DNA of 64,000 nt from an uncultured Ectothiorhodospiraceae bacterium. GTDB taxonomy: Bacteria; Pseudomonadota; Gammaproteobacteria; J044. The stretch spans positions 62,519 through 126,518 of the forward strand of contig CAZXNH010000002.1 of assembly GCA_964641615.1 (NCBI GenBank), in the 5' to 3' direction. This document shows positions 40,736 through 51,420 of this stretch, one piece after another (position 1 is the first letter of the stretch; each line of letters opens with the position of its first letter). The notes under the pieces are model-generated. The model was not told where the DNA came from. It saw only the letters and a list, made by a program, of their open reading frames with translations, and did no database searches. The position numbers and the translations under genes were made by a program.

Positions 40736-40964
40736 AAAGCCCTCCGAAGGCATTTAATTTTATTCTTCCAAATACTTATACCGCATAATCCCCTGATTTT
40801 ACATGGCATTTTGAAGGGCTCCCGGGCCACGATCAGTAAAATGACAAAATGTTGGCAATCCTCCCGCTAGTTTGCTACTGTTTCTGCCCCATCTGGACGT
40901 GCTTTTAATCATTGTCCAAAAGATTTCGATACATTTTTGTTAAGCATAACTGAGGATATCAACC

Positions 40965-41195
40965 ATGGCTGATTTCAACCAAGAACTCGATGCTCGCGGC
41001 CTGAACTGCCCCCTGCCAATCCTGCGCGCCAAGAAAGCGATTGCTGGCCTGGGTGCTGGTGAAACCCTGAAGATCGTTGCTACTGATCCAGGTTCAGTTA
41101 AGGACTTCGAAGCATTCTGCAAGCAGACTGGTAACGATCTCCTGTCTAGCGAAGAAGCTGGTGGCGAGTACACCTTCTTTATCAAGAAAAACTAA
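40965..41195 (+). CDS. tusA: TusA-family sulfur carrier protein
   Basis: 76 aa with the conserved CPxP motif (LDARGLNCPLPILRAKKAI). Confidence 0.8.
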   Translation: MADFNQELDARGLNCPLPILRAKKAIAGLGAGETLKIVATDPGSVKDFEAFCKQTGNDLLSSEEAGGEYTFFIKKN

Positions 41196-41221
41196 TTAAT
41201 CCCTGATTAATTATTCTTGAT

Positions 41222-41251
41222 TAAAAAGGCGCTCTTCTGAGCGCCTTTTTT
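41222..41251 (+). terminator. Rho-independent terminator downstream of tusA
   Basis: Stem GGCGCTC / GAGCGCC, loop ttct, then a 7-T run. A-run on the 5' side. Confidence 0.7.
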
Positions 41252-41308
41252 TATGCCTGCTCCTTCTGCTCTGACTACAGGCGTTCAAAACCCTGATAGA
41301 ATCCTGCC

Positions 41309-42538
41309 ATGGGCAAATTAAGCAACAAACGCATTGTTCTTGGCATTTCAGGTGGCATTGCCGCCTATAAAAGTGCTGAGCTGACCCGCCTGCTGAAAAA
41401 GGCCGGGGCCGAGGTGCGCGTTGTCATGACCCAGAGTGCACAGGAATTTATTACCCCCCTGACCCTACAGGCCCTGTCCGGCAATCAGGTCCATACCCAA
41501 CTATTCGACCTCGAAACAGAAGCCGCCATGGGCCATATAGAACTGGCCCGCTGGGCAGATGCCATCGTTATTGCACCAGGCAGTGCCAATACGATTGCAC
41601 GTCTTGCCATGGGCCGAGGCGATGATCTGCTTTCGACCCTTTGCCTGGCAACCGAAGCACCTGTGCTCATTGCCCCGGCCATGAATCACAAGATGTGGTC
41701 CAACCCCGCAACACAGGACAATCTGGCAACATTAAGTAAACGCAGCATCCACATTATTGGCCCGGCATCTGGGGAGCAGGCCTGCGGTGAAACCGGTGTT
41801 GGCCGCATGGAAGAACCCGAAAAGATTCTCCTGGCCACCGAAAGACTTTTTCAGAACCTTCTACTGGCGGGGCAACATGTAGTTATTACCGCAGGCCCTA
41901 CCCGTGAGCCTATCGACCCGGTGCGTTATATCAGCAACCACAGTTCCGGCAAGATGGGTTATGCCATAGCCCGTGCCGCTCACGAGGCTGGCGCCCGGGT
42001 CACCCTGGTATCCGGCCCGGTAAGTATCGAGTCGCCTGATGGCGTCAACGTAAAATTTGTCGAGACAGCCGAGCAAATGCTTGAGGCCTGTAAGCAGGCT
42101 ACGAGTTCTGCCCAGGTCTTTATCGCCACGGCCGCAGTCGCCGATTATCGCGTCATCGACAGGCTCAGCCAGAAACAGAAAAAAACGTCCGGGACCTGGA
42201 GCCTTGAGCTTACCCGCAACCCCGACATCCTGGCCGAGATGGCTGCAATAGAAACTCTCTTTACCGTTGGCTTCGCTGCAGAAACACAGAACCTGCTGGA
42301 ATATGCCAAAGACAAGTTGAAGAGGAAGGGGCTGGATATGATCGCCGCCAACCTGGTTGGCGAGGGACGGGGCTTCGGCCAGGATGAAAATGCGCTGGAA
42401 GTCCTGACCAGGAATGGAATGCACATTTCTCTGCCGGTTCAGGACAAGCAGAAACTGGCACGCTCTCTTGTAAAACTTATTGCCGAAGCATTACCGAATA
42501 ACGACAACATTATCGATCTGCATCATGCAAAAAATTGA
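41309..42538 (+). CDS. coaBC: Bifunctional phosphopantothenoylcysteine decarboxylase / phosphopantothenate--cysteine ligase
   Basis: N-terminal flavoprotein domain ([15 protein letters not shown]) and C-terminal DFP ligase domain. 409 aa. Confidence 0.93.
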   Translation: MGKLSNKRIVLGISGGIAAYKSAELTRLLKKAGAEVRVVMTQSAQEFITPLTLQALSGNQVHTQLFDLETEAAMGHIELARWADAIVIAPGSANTIARLAMGRGDDLLSTLCLATEAPVLIAPAMNHKMWSNPATQDNLATLSKRSIHIIGPASGEQACGETGVGRMEEPEKILLATERLFQNLLLAGQHVVITAGPTREPIDPVRYISNHSSGKMGYAIARAAHEAGARVTLVSGPVSIESPDGVNVKFVETAEQMLEACKQATSSAQVFIATAAVADYRVIDRLSQKQKKTSGTWSLELTRNPDILAEMAAIETLFTVGFAAETQNLLEYAKDKLKRKGLDMIAANLVGEGRGFGQDENALEVLTRNGMHISLPVQDKQKLARSLVKLIAEALPNNDNIIDLHHAKN

Positions 42539-42980
42539 AGTCAAAATCCTGGATCCCAGGCTCGGACAGGAGATTCCCCTGCCAGAACACGCCACACCCG
42601 GCTCTGCCGGCATGGACCTGCGCGCCTGCCTTGATGAAGCACTGACCCTGAATCCTGGCGAGACCGCCCTGATCCCTACGGGCATGGCGATTCATATTGG
42701 TGATCCAGGCCTGGCTGCAACGATCCTGCCCCGCTCCGGGCTGGGCCATAAACACGGCATCGTACTGGGCAACCTGGTTGGCCTGATCGACTCTGACTAC
42801 CAGGGGCAGTTGTTCGTTTCGACATGGAACCGTGGCACCGAACCCTTCACCGTTGAAGTCGGCGAACGCATCGCGCAACTGGTATTCCTGCCCGTGGTGC
42901 AGGCGGATTTCGAAATCGTAGAAGAGTTCCAGGACAGCCACCGCGGTGCAGGCGGCTTTGGCCATTCCGGACGTCATTGA
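42525..42980 (+). CDS. dut: dUTP diphosphatase
   Basis: [14 protein letters not shown]...GSAGMDLRA...[25 protein letters not shown]...[11 protein letters not shown]. Start set at the ATG at 42525, 14 nt overlap with coaBC. Confidence 0.93.
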   Translation: MQKIEVKILDPRLGQEIPLPEHATPGSAGMDLRACLDEALTLNPGETALIPTGMAIHIGDPGLAATILPRSGLGHKHGIVLGNLVGLIDSDYQGQLFVSTWNRGTEPFTVEVGERIAQLVFLPVVQADFEIVEEFQDSHRGAGGFGHSGRH

Positions 42981-43021
42981 TTTAAGCTACTAATACAGGC
43001 CTGAAAATCCCAGGCAAATGA

Positions 43022-43918
<897 letters not shown>

Positions 43919-43929
43919 GAACTGAATTT

Positions 43930-43952
43930 GCAGGGTGGTTTATTCACCCTGC
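43930..43952. terminator. Hairpin (GCAGGGTG-gtttatt-CACCCTGC) between the convergent argB and DUF4124 genes; probable bidirectional terminator
   Basis: Perfect 8-bp stem overlapping the DUF4124 stop codon. Flanking T/A runs are weak. Confidence 0.45.
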
Positions 43953-44575
43953 GCTTTCTGCTTTTGCAGGTATTTAAACCGGTTGATATCGTTCATAAAA
44001 CGTTCATTCAGTTTCTGGTACTGAACTTCACCCATCCGGATCATTTCTATTAACGCCGCCTCTTCTTCCATCACCCTGCGCTCTCGCTTCATCAGACCCT
44101 CGGGTACCGGGCGGTCTTCATCACTGAACTTCTGGGTCTTTGTATTAAGCTTCTTACGCTCGGCTTCCTTCTCCCTTAAACGCTTCTCATGCAACTTGAT
44201 CTGGGCCTCGATAAGCGAAAGACGTTCCTGGCGGGCGAACTCAATCTCTTCAACCTCACCATAAGTCAGTGTCAGAATACGGTCTTTGCGTTCCTGTTCC
44301 TTTTTCGCCCTGAGCGCTTCTCGCTCCTTAGCACGCTTAGCCTCGAGCGCAGCAACTTCTTCATCGGTTAAGGGTGGTGCAACATGCTTAACCACACGGC
44401 CCTGAGGATTAATGATGTCATAGCCCCTTTGCGTGGCCTCGGGGGGAATCTTGTCACTGATATGTACACGACCGGTTTCATCCATCCACCGATAGAGGTT
44501 TCCGGCCAGGGCCGGCAAAGCGATTATGAGCAGGCTAGTAATAACCAGTGACTTCTTAAAAAACTCCAATGCCAC
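43940..44575 (-). CDS. DUF4124-domain protein with a long charged coiled-coil C-terminus
   Basis: Signal peptide, then the DUF4124 motif (LYRWMDETGRVHISDKIP), then a Lys/Glu/Arg-rich coiled-coil region. Confidence 0.65.
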   Translation of the reverse strand: MALEFFKKSLVITSLLIIALPALAGNLYRWMDETGRVHISDKIPPEATQRGYDIINPQGRVVKHVAPPLTDEEVAALEAKRAKEREALRAKKEQERKDRILTLTYGEVEEIEFARQERLSLIEAQIKLHEKRLREKEAERKKLNTKTQKFSDEDRPVPEGLMKRERRVMEEEAALIEMIRMGEVQYQKLNERFMNDINRFKYLQKQKAQGE

Positions 44576-44642
44576 ACCATCCTTCTTATAATAGTTAATT
44601 CATTGTAGTCATTTTTCCCCATATAGAAAGTCTGGACCTATT

Positions 44643-45398
44643 TTGAGCCTGATTGATCAAACTCTGCTTTTTATCATTTCCCTGCTGGCCAACCTGTTCT
44701 CTGCCTTTTCCGGTGGCGGCGCAGGACTGATTCAGTTACCCGCACTGATTTTCCTTGGCCTGCCCTTCGCGATTGCACTAGCCACGCACAAGGTTGCCAG
44801 TGTTGCCCTGGGTGTTGGCGCCACGATCAGGCATATGAAAGAAGGCTCCCTGGACAGGCGTTTTGCCCTGTACATACTCGCCACTGGCCTGCCAGGCGTT
44901 ATCATCGGCGCCAGCATCATCCTGTTCGTTCCCGGGCGCATGGCAGAGATCGCACTGGGTTGCCTGACCATGGGCCTGGGGCTCTACTCGGTCTTCAAAA
45001 CTGATCTGGGCCAGCAAGCTGAAGTCCGCAACCGTCATACTCGGGGCATGACCATAGGCGGTGGCGTGCTGTTCTTTATTGGCATGCTCAATGGCTCACT
45101 CACCTCGGGCACTGGACTCTTTGTCACCCTCTGGCTGATTCGCTGGTTTGGGCTGGATTACAAGCATGCCGTCGCCTACACGCTGGTGCTTGTCGGAATG
45201 TTCTGGAATGGCACCGGCGCCTTAACGCTGGGCATTATTGGTGAGATCCAATGGGAATGGCTGCCGGCACTACTGGCCGGCTCGCTCATCGGGGGCTACC
45301 TGGGTGCCCACCTCGCCATAAAGAAAGGCAACCGCTGGATCAAACGCGGCTTTGAGGTGGTCACCCTGCTGGTCGGCCTGAAACTGATTATCGGTTAA
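44643..45398 (+). CDS. TauE/SafE (DUF81) family sulfite/anion exporter
   Basis: 251 aa, 7-8 TM helices and the Gly-rich N-terminal motif ([23 protein letters not shown]). Confidence 0.8.
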   Translation: MSLIDQTLLFIISLLANLFSAFSGGGAGLIQLPALIFLGLPFAIALATHKVASVALGVGATIRHMKEGSLDRRFALYILATGLPGVIIGASIILFVPGRMAEIALGCLTMGLGLYSVFKTDLGQQAEVRNRHTRGMTIGGGVLFFIGMLNGSLTSGTGLFVTLWLIRWFGLDYKHAVAYTLVLVGMFWNGTGALTLGIIGEIQWEWLPALLAGSLIGGYLGAHLAIKKGNRWIKRGFEVVTLLVGLKLIIG

Positions 45399-46036
45399 AC
45401 ACCATACTCGGCACGGTAGGCCTCGATCGCTTTCAGGGCCTCGTCCTGACCGGACTGTTCACCCAGGTAGGTCACCAGGTCTTCCAGTGCAACGATGCTG
45501 GCCACCTGGATGCCATAGTTCTGTTCAACTTCCTGGATCGCAGATATTTCTCCCTTGCCGCGCTCCTGGCGGTTGAGCGAGATGACCACGCCACATAGCT
45601 CGGCATTATTGGCATTGATGATGTCTACCGATTCACGAATTGCAGTACCGGCAGTAATGACGTCGTCGATGACGAGAATGCGTCCCTCCAGGGCAGCACC
45701 AACGATGTTGCCACCCTCGCCGTGTTCCTTGGCTTCCTTGCGGTTAAAGGCATAGGGCACGTCCATGCCATGGTGATCATAAAGCGCGACGGCTGTTGCT
45801 GCCGCCAGGGGGATGCCCTTGTAGGCCGGGCCAAACAGCACATCGAATTCGATGCCTGAATCGACAATGGCCTGGGCATAGTAACGCCCCAGTCGCGACA
45901 GGGCACCGCCCGTGTTGAACAGGCCGGCATTGAAAAAGTAGGGGCTGACACGGCCAGATTTGAGAGTAAATTCGCCAAAGCGCAGTACGTCCTGATCGAT
46001 GGCAAATTCAAGGAAGGCCTTCTGATAGTCTTTCAT
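45395..46036 (-). CDS. pyrE: Orotate phosphoribosyltransferase
   Basis: [13 protein letters not shown]...PRTase motif [16 protein letters not shown]. Start set at the internal ATG at 46036; the ORF-track ORF carries a 65-aa N-terminal extension. Confidence 0.93.
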   Translation of the reverse strand: MKDYQKAFLEFAIDQDVLRFGEFTLKSGRVSPYFFNAGLFNTGGALSRLGRYYAQAIVDSGIEFDVLFGPAYKGIPLAAATAVALYDHHGMDVPYAFNRKEAKEHGEGGNIVGAALEGRILVIDDVITAGTAIRESVDIINANNAELCGVVISLNRQERGKGEISAIQEVEQNYGIQVASIVALEDLVTYLGEQSGQDEALKAIEAYRAEYGV

Positions 46037-46061
46037 GGTGATCTCAATTGTTGGAAGTGAA

Positions 46062-46880
46062 TTAATCTTCGATCGGATCGGGCATGGGCGGCCGGTCCGG
46101 TTTCGGTCTGTTGGGCATATCCATGCGTGCAAGCATGCCGCCATCCGCCACATAGGACTGCCCTGTGGTCCAGGCACTTGCGTCCGAGGCCAGGAACAGG
46201 GCCAGCTGGGCAATGTCGTCACCGACACCATAACGCCCCAGTGGCATGTGCGGCATCCACTGATCTTTCGCCGCCTCCAGCGCCTGCTGCGTGCGTTCGA
46301 CAGGCACTACACCCGGTGCAAAACAGTTTACCCGTACATTATACGGTGCCCACTCCAGCGCCTGAACCTTTGCCAGCGATTCCAGTGCGGCCTTTGATGC
46401 GGCATAGGCTGAAAAATGTTGCACACTGTTGGTGGCATGAATACTCGTATTATGCAGTATCACGCCATGCTGCTCAGTCTCGATCATCTTTTCTGCCAGG
46501 CGTCGACTCAGCAGATAGGGGGCACGCAAATTCACATTCATGATGTCATCCCAGTGCGCTGCCTCGGCATCGAGAATCGCGGACTTCATTACCACACCGG
46601 CATTATTAATCAGGATATCGATACCACCCCACTCATCCCAGGCATCGTCTGCCAGCCGATCGAGTGCAGACTCGGAGCGAAGATCGGCATGCATCATGAC
46701 GGCCTCACCCCCTGAGGCAAGTATCTCCGCACAAACCTGTTCGGCCCCTGCCTTACGGGTACGATAATGCACAACCACCTTTGCATGATGGGCACCAAAG
46801 GCACGTGCTATAGCCGCTCCCAGGCCGCCCGAGGCGCCGGTAATCAGTACGCGTTTATACTCTAAATCGGTATAGCGCAT
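46062..46880 (-). CDS. SDR-family oxidoreductase with a Pro-rich C-terminal tail
   Basis: [12 protein letters not shown] (Rossmann), NNAG, and the catalytic YxxxK (YAASKAAL). Confidence 0.8.
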   Translation of the reverse strand: MRYTDLEYKRVLITGASGGLGAAIARAFGAHHAKVVVHYRTRKAGAEQVCAEILASGGEAVMMHADLRSESALDRLADDAWDEWGGIDILINNAGVVMKSAILDAEAAHWDDIMNVNLRAPYLLSRRLAEKMIETEQHGVILHNTSIHATNSVQHFSAYAASKAALESLAKVQALEWAPYNVRVNCFAPGVVPVERTQQALEAAKDQWMPHMPLGRYGVGDDIAQLALFLASDASAWTTGQSYVADGGMLARMDMPNRPKPDRPPMPDPIED

Positions 46881-46978
46881 GGAGCCAGTCTCCTGGATAA
46901 GGGCGTTATTAAGCTGCTCACTTTACCCAAAGCCAGCTAACAGGGACAATGCCCCATCCCAAAACCGACAAGAATCAC

Positions 46979-47752
46979 ATGCGCATTATCAGTGTTAACA
47001 CCAATGGCATTCGTGCGGCAGCACGCAAGGGCTTCTTCGAATGGATGCCAAAACAGAGCGCCGATGTTATCTGCATCCAGGAAACCAAGGCCCAGGAACA
47101 TCAGCTGGAAGATGAAATCTTCTGGCCCGAGGGCTACAGCTGCTACTACAACGATGCAGTAAAAAAGGGTTATAGCGGCACCGCCATCTATGCCCGCCGC
47201 GAGCCCGATGATGTGATCGTCGGCATGGGCGCAGAAGAGTTCGATAACGAGGGGCGTTATATCGAGGCCCATTTTGGCAAGCTTGCCGTGGTATCGCTTT
47301 ATGCACCTTCCGGCTCTTCCAACGAAGACCGCCAGGCCTCCAAGGACCGTTTCCTCGACTTTTTCATGCCCTACCTCAAGGAGCGGCACGAGTCAGGACG
47401 CGAATATATTATCTGCGGCGACTGGAATATCGCGCACAAAGAGATCGACCTGAAAAACTGGAAGGGCAACAAGAAGAATTCCGGCTTCCTGCCCCATGAA
47501 CGCGCCTGGATGGATGAACTGTTCGGCCCCGCAGGATTCGTCGATGCCTTCAGGCAGATCGAGCAGGAACCCGACCAGTACACCTGGTGGTCCAACCGCG
47601 GACAGGCCTGGGCCAAAAACGTCGGATGGCGTATCGATTACCAGGTTGTCACGCCTGGCATTGGCAGCAAGGTACAGGCAACCAGCATCTACAAGGATGA
47701 GCGCTTCTCAGACCACGCCCCGCTTATCATCGATTACGACTACGAGTTTTAG
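46979..47752 (+). CDS. Exodeoxyribonuclease III (EEP) family protein, Crc/XthA-like, with the catalytic residues retained
   Basis: MRIISVNTNGIRAAARKG...DVICIQETKA...REYIICGDWNIAH...SDHAPLIIDYDY. Overall pattern and pyrE-adjacent position resemble Pseudomonas Crc, but the ExoIII catalytic residues survive: E in QETK, D/N in GDWN, H in SDHAP. Confidence 0.8.
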   Translation: MRIISVNTNGIRAAARKGFFEWMPKQSADVICIQETKAQEHQLEDEIFWPEGYSCYYNDAVKKGYSGTAIYARREPDDVIVGMGAEEFDNEGRYIEAHFGKLAVVSLYAPSGSSNEDRQASKDRFLDFFMPYLKERHESGREYIICGDWNIAHKEIDLKNWKGNKKNSGFLPHERAWMDELFGPAGFVDAFRQIEQEPDQYTWWSNRGQAWAKNVGWRIDYQVVTPGIGSKVQATSIYKDERFSDHAPLIIDYDYEF

Positions 47753-47754
47753 GC

Positions 47755-49122
47755 TTGCAGGACATACGCAACCATCCCTGGCTTCAGGCCCTCCGCGTCT
47801 ATACGAAGCCGCAGATCCTGGCGATGGTCTTTCTCGGTTTCTCGGCTGGCCTGCCTTTCCTGCTGGTCTTCTCCACTCTGACAGCCTGGCTGACCGATGC
47901 CGGTGTCAGCCGCAGCGTGATCGGCTTCTTTGGCTGGGTCGGCATTACCTATTCCATCAAGTTTTTCTGGGCCCCGGTCATTGACCGCCTGCCCCTGCCT
48001 GTCCTGACGTCGCTACTTGGAAGACGTCGTGGCTGGATGCTGCTGGCCCAGCTGGGTATTGCATCTGGCCTGGTCGCCATGTCCCTCATTGATCCGGCGA
48101 CCCAGACCACCACCCTGGCCCTGCTTGCCCTGCTGGTGGCCTTTTCCTCGGCCACCCAGGACATCGTCATCGACGCCTGGCGTATCGAGTCGGTAAAAAG
48201 CACCTACCAGGGCGCCATGGCAACCGCCTATGTGGGCGGATATCGCGTGGCCCTGCTGGTTGCAGGTGCTGGTGCCTTCTACCTGGCCGACTTCTATAAC
48301 TGGCATGTCAGTTACCAGATCATGGCTGTGCTCATGGGTATCGGCATCCTCACGACCCTGCTGATCAGAGACCCTGACAGGGATATTAGCCAGGCGACTC
48401 TGAAAATGGAGGAGAGCCTCGAAGAAAAACTACGCATATCGAATCTACATGGTCAGTCACAGCGTCTGGCCCGCTGGTTCGCCGAGGCAATGGTTGCGCC
48501 ATTTGTCGACTTCTTTGAACGTAATGGCAAACATGCGCTTCTAATACTGCTCCTGATTGGGGTCTACAAGCTCAGTGATATCACCATGGGCGTGATGGCC
48601 AATCCCTTCTACCTGGACCTAGGCTTTAGCAAGTCGGAGATTGCCAGCATCACCAAGGTCTTCGGTTTTGGTATGACCATTGCCGGCGCTGCCCTGGGTG
48701 GTCTACTGGTCATACGTTTCGGCCTGTTCCGGCCGCTGCTGGCCGGCGCCATCCTGGTGGCATCGACCAATCTGTTGTTTGCCTACATGGCCGCCACCGA
48801 ACCCAGCACCCTGATCCTGACGGCCGTCATCAGTGCCGACAACCTCAGTGGTGGGCTGGCCACGGCGGCGTTTATTGCCTGGTTATCCAGCCTGACCAAC
48901 ACCGCCTATACCGCCACCCAGTACGCCCTTTTCAGTTCGCTGATGACCCTGCTGGCAAAATTTATTAGTGGTTTTGCCGGCGTGGTGGTGGATGGCTACG
49001 GCTATTTCCTGTTTTTCCTCTATGCTGGTATCCTCGGTGCCCCAGCGATAGTGCTAACGTACTGGCTGTTAAGAAACCCGACCCAGTCCGCTGAAGAAAA
49101 TACAAATAAAACAGATAATTAG
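47755..49122 (+). CDS. ampG: Muropeptide permease AmpG (MFS transporter)
   Basis: The N-terminus aligns with the AmpG pattern (ILAMVFLGFSAGLPFLLVFSTLTAWLTD...FFWAPVIDRL). It needs the TTG start at 47755, immediately after the upstream TAG stop. 12-14 TM helices. Confidence 0.85.
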   Translation: MQDIRNHPWLQALRVYTKPQILAMVFLGFSAGLPFLLVFSTLTAWLTDAGVSRSVIGFFGWVGITYSIKFFWAPVIDRLPLPVLTSLLGRRRGWMLLAQLGIASGLVAMSLIDPATQTTTLALLALLVAFSSATQDIVIDAWRIESVKSTYQGAMATAYVGGYRVALLVAGAGAFYLADFYNWHVSYQIMAVLMGIGILTTLLIRDPDRDISQATLKMEESLEEKLRISNLHGQSQRLARWFAEAMVAPFVDFFERNGKHALLILLLIGVYKLSDITMGVMANPFYLDLGFSKSEIASITKVFGFGMTIAGAALGGLLVIRFGLFRPLLAGAILVASTNLLFAYMAATEPSTLILTAVISADNLSGGLATAAFIAWLSSLTNTAYTATQYALFSSLMTLLAKFISGFAGVVVDGYGYFLFFLYAGILGAPAIVLTYWLLRNPTQSAEENTNKTDN

Positions 49123-49145
49123 AACCAAAGTCACTGGATACCATC

Positions 49146-49388
49146 ATGCAAAACCAACTCAACCGAGTCCTGCTGAAGTTCACGGATGCCCTCCATGGCG
49201 AACTCGGCATCCACGCCCAGATTCGCCTGATGATCGAAGAACCCATCTATCGTGATGAAGTCCTGAATCGGGCTGAGCTGATGGGCGGAGAATCGCTTCG
49301 CAAACTGGCAGAAACCATTCGCCACCTGACGGCCAGCCATGAAAATACTGATATAACTCAAGGATTTGAAACGCGTAAGATTTCATAA
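49146..49388 (+). CDS. Hypothetical small protein (80 aa) upstream of a PspF-like regulator
   Basis: ORF only. No motif I recognise. Confidence 0.35.
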   Translation: MQNQLNRVLLKFTDALHGELGIHAQIRLMIEEPIYRDEVLNRAELMGGESLRKLAETIRHLTASHENTDITQGFETRKIS

Positions 49389-49423
49389 TCCACCTTCACC
49401 ATCTGAAATCGTGCATTAAGACT

Positions 49424-50359
49424 ATGGCGCTACAAGAAACCAGCTCACCGTTTGCCAGCTTCATTGGCAACTCACCCGAACTACAGACCACCCTGCGCGC
49501 TGCCAGCATTGTTTCCAGTGCTGATGTCACCGTGCTCATTAACGGTGAGACCGGTACCGGCAAAAAATTACTGGCCAGGGCCCTGCACGATGGCAGCCCA
49601 AGATCAGAGCAGCCATTTGTCGCGGTGAACTGTGCCGGCTATACCGAGGAACAGTCCGATAACGAACTGTTTGGCGAAACCACGGGCGAAGGCCTGGTGC
49701 AACGCGCTGAGAGCGGCACTCTTTTCCTCGACCAGATCAGTGATCTACCCCTCCAGGCCCAGGGCAAGCTGCTGCGTCTGCTGGAGCAGGGCGAAGTCAT
49801 GCAGCCTGGCAGTAGTGAGCCGACCACAGTAAACGTTCGAATCATCGTCTCCAGCCATAAAGACCTGTTCGAACTGGTTAAACAGGGCGGCTTCCGTAAA
49901 GACCTGTATTACCGTCTTGCCGTAGTGCCGCTGGAACTTCCCGCACTCAGGGAACGCAATAAAGATATTGTGCAGCTGGCCCAACATTTCATGGACGAGC
50001 TGTCCGCACAACATGGCCTCGAAACACCAGAATTCAGCAAGAAGGCCCTGCAGAGACTCATTCAGTATCGCTGGCCCGGCAATGTGCTGGAACTGCGCAA
50101 CCTTTGTGAGCGTCTGTGCATCCTGTTGCCGGGACAGACCATTCAGCCAACCAATCTGGGCCTTCCTGAAGAAAGGACGGAAACCGATACTGGCTTCAGG
50201 CTCCCATCTAATGGTATTCAGCTCGAGACCCTGGAACGTGACGCGATTAGCCAGGCACTGGATATGACCGGCGGCAACAAGAGTCAGGCCGCCCGCCTGC
50301 TCGGCATTACCCGGGACACCCTGCTCTACCGGCTGAAAAAATACGCCCTGGGCAGCTAG
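49424..50359 (+). CDS. AAA+ enhancer-binding-protein family regulator (PspF-like, no receiver domain) with a degenerate GAFTGA loop and a C-terminal Fis-type HTH
   Basis: Walker A GETGTGKKLLA, Walker B/R-finger region (GTLFLDQISDLPLQAQGKLLRLLE...RIIVSSH...RKDLYYRL), and HTH (QAARLLGITRDTLLYRLKKY). ELFGETTGEG replaces the ELFGHEKGAFTGA consensus. Confidence 0.75.
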   Translation: MALQETSSPFASFIGNSPELQTTLRAASIVSSADVTVLINGETGTGKKLLARALHDGSPRSEQPFVAVNCAGYTEEQSDNELFGETTGEGLVQRAESGTLFLDQISDLPLQAQGKLLRLLEQGEVMQPGSSEPTTVNVRIIVSSHKDLFELVKQGGFRKDLYYRLAVVPLELPALRERNKDIVQLAQHFMDELSAQHGLETPEFSKKALQRLIQYRWPGNVLELRNLCERLCILLPGQTIQPTNLGLPEERTETDTGFRLPSNGIQLETLERDAISQALDMTGGNKSQAARLLGITRDTLLYRLKKYALGS

Positions 50360-50433
50360 ACGCTCATAACGGGTTAAGCCGGTAACATATGAGATATATC
50401 AGTGCTGCCGCCTCAGACAAGGAGTGTTAAGAA

Positions 50434-51420
50434 GTGAACATGCACATTTGCACTTCCAGCCTGGGCGCTCTATGCATTCTGATCGGCATTTACCTGAATG
50501 CGGTATTCGCTGAGCCCCTGCCCCGTTGCCTATTCGTTTCTTCTTATCATCCCGGCTACGCCTGGTCAGATGGTGTAGAAAAGGGCCTGCGTGAAACTCT
50601 GGCCGGTCGTTGTGAGCTGGAACAATTTGATCTGGACACAAAGCGCATCAAGGACCCCGTACAGATCGAGAAAAAAATTACGGCTGTTCGCCGCCTTATT
50701 GAGTATTCAAGACCCGATGTAGTGATTACTGCAGATGACAATGCCGCCAAGTACCTGATTCAGCCCTATTACATCAATTCTGAAACGCCCTTTGTCTTTT
50801 GCGGTATCAACTGGTCAGCAGAAAATTATGGCTTCCCCGCCAGTAATGTGACCGGCATGATCGAGGTTGCCCCTATTAAACCTCTGATGGAATGGGCGCA
50901 ACGACTTGCGCCTCCTGCAAGGACAGCCACCTATATTGGCGCGGACACGCTGACAGAAAGGAAGAACTACGACCGGTACAAAGTTCTTGGGGAAAAAATG
51001 GGCATCGACATTACACCCCGCTTCGCTTCTACCAGTGCCAAATGGAAACAGCATTATATCGATGCTCAGCAATCAGACTTCGTCATAATGGGAAGCAACG
51101 CCGGCATCAATGACTGGCAGAGTGAAGCGCTTATCCAGTCACTGCCCGAACATACACAACGGCTGAGTATTACCGTGCATCAATGGATGATGCCTTACTC
51201 AGTCTTAGGATTTACCAAGCTCCCTGAAGAACAGGGCGTCTGGGCCGGGAAAACAGCCCTTGCTATTATTGAACAGGATATCAAACCCATTGATATCCCC
51301 GTTGTAGCCAATCGGCTATGGGATATCTGGATCAATTCACAACTGATCTCAGCAACCGGGATCGACCTGCCAGAAAGGCTTAAGCAAAAAGCAAAATTTA
51401 TGAGCGGGACTAGCCCATGA
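50434..51420 (+). CDS. Periplasmic substrate-binding-like protein (ABC_sub_bind/PF04392-like) upstream of a sensor GGDEF-EAL gene
   Basis: Signal peptide, about 300 aa with an alpha/beta periplasmic-binding-protein-like pattern. Its stop overlaps the start of the downstream GGDEF-EAL gene. Confidence 0.55.
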   Translation: MNMHICTSSLGALCILIGIYLNAVFAEPLPRCLFVSSYHPGYAWSDGVEKGLRETLAGRCELEQFDLDTKRIKDPVQIEKKITAVRRLIEYSRPDVVITADDNAAKYLIQPYYINSETPFVFCGINWSAENYGFPASNVTGMIEVAPIKPLMEWAQRLAPPARTATYIGADTLTERKNYDRYKVLGEKMGIDITPRFASTSAKWKQHYIDAQQSDFVIMGSNAGINDWQSEALIQSLPEHTQRLSITVHQWMMPYSVLGFTKLPEEQGVWAGKTALAIIEQDIKPIDIPVVANRLWDIWINSQLISATGIDLPERLKQKAKFMSGTSP

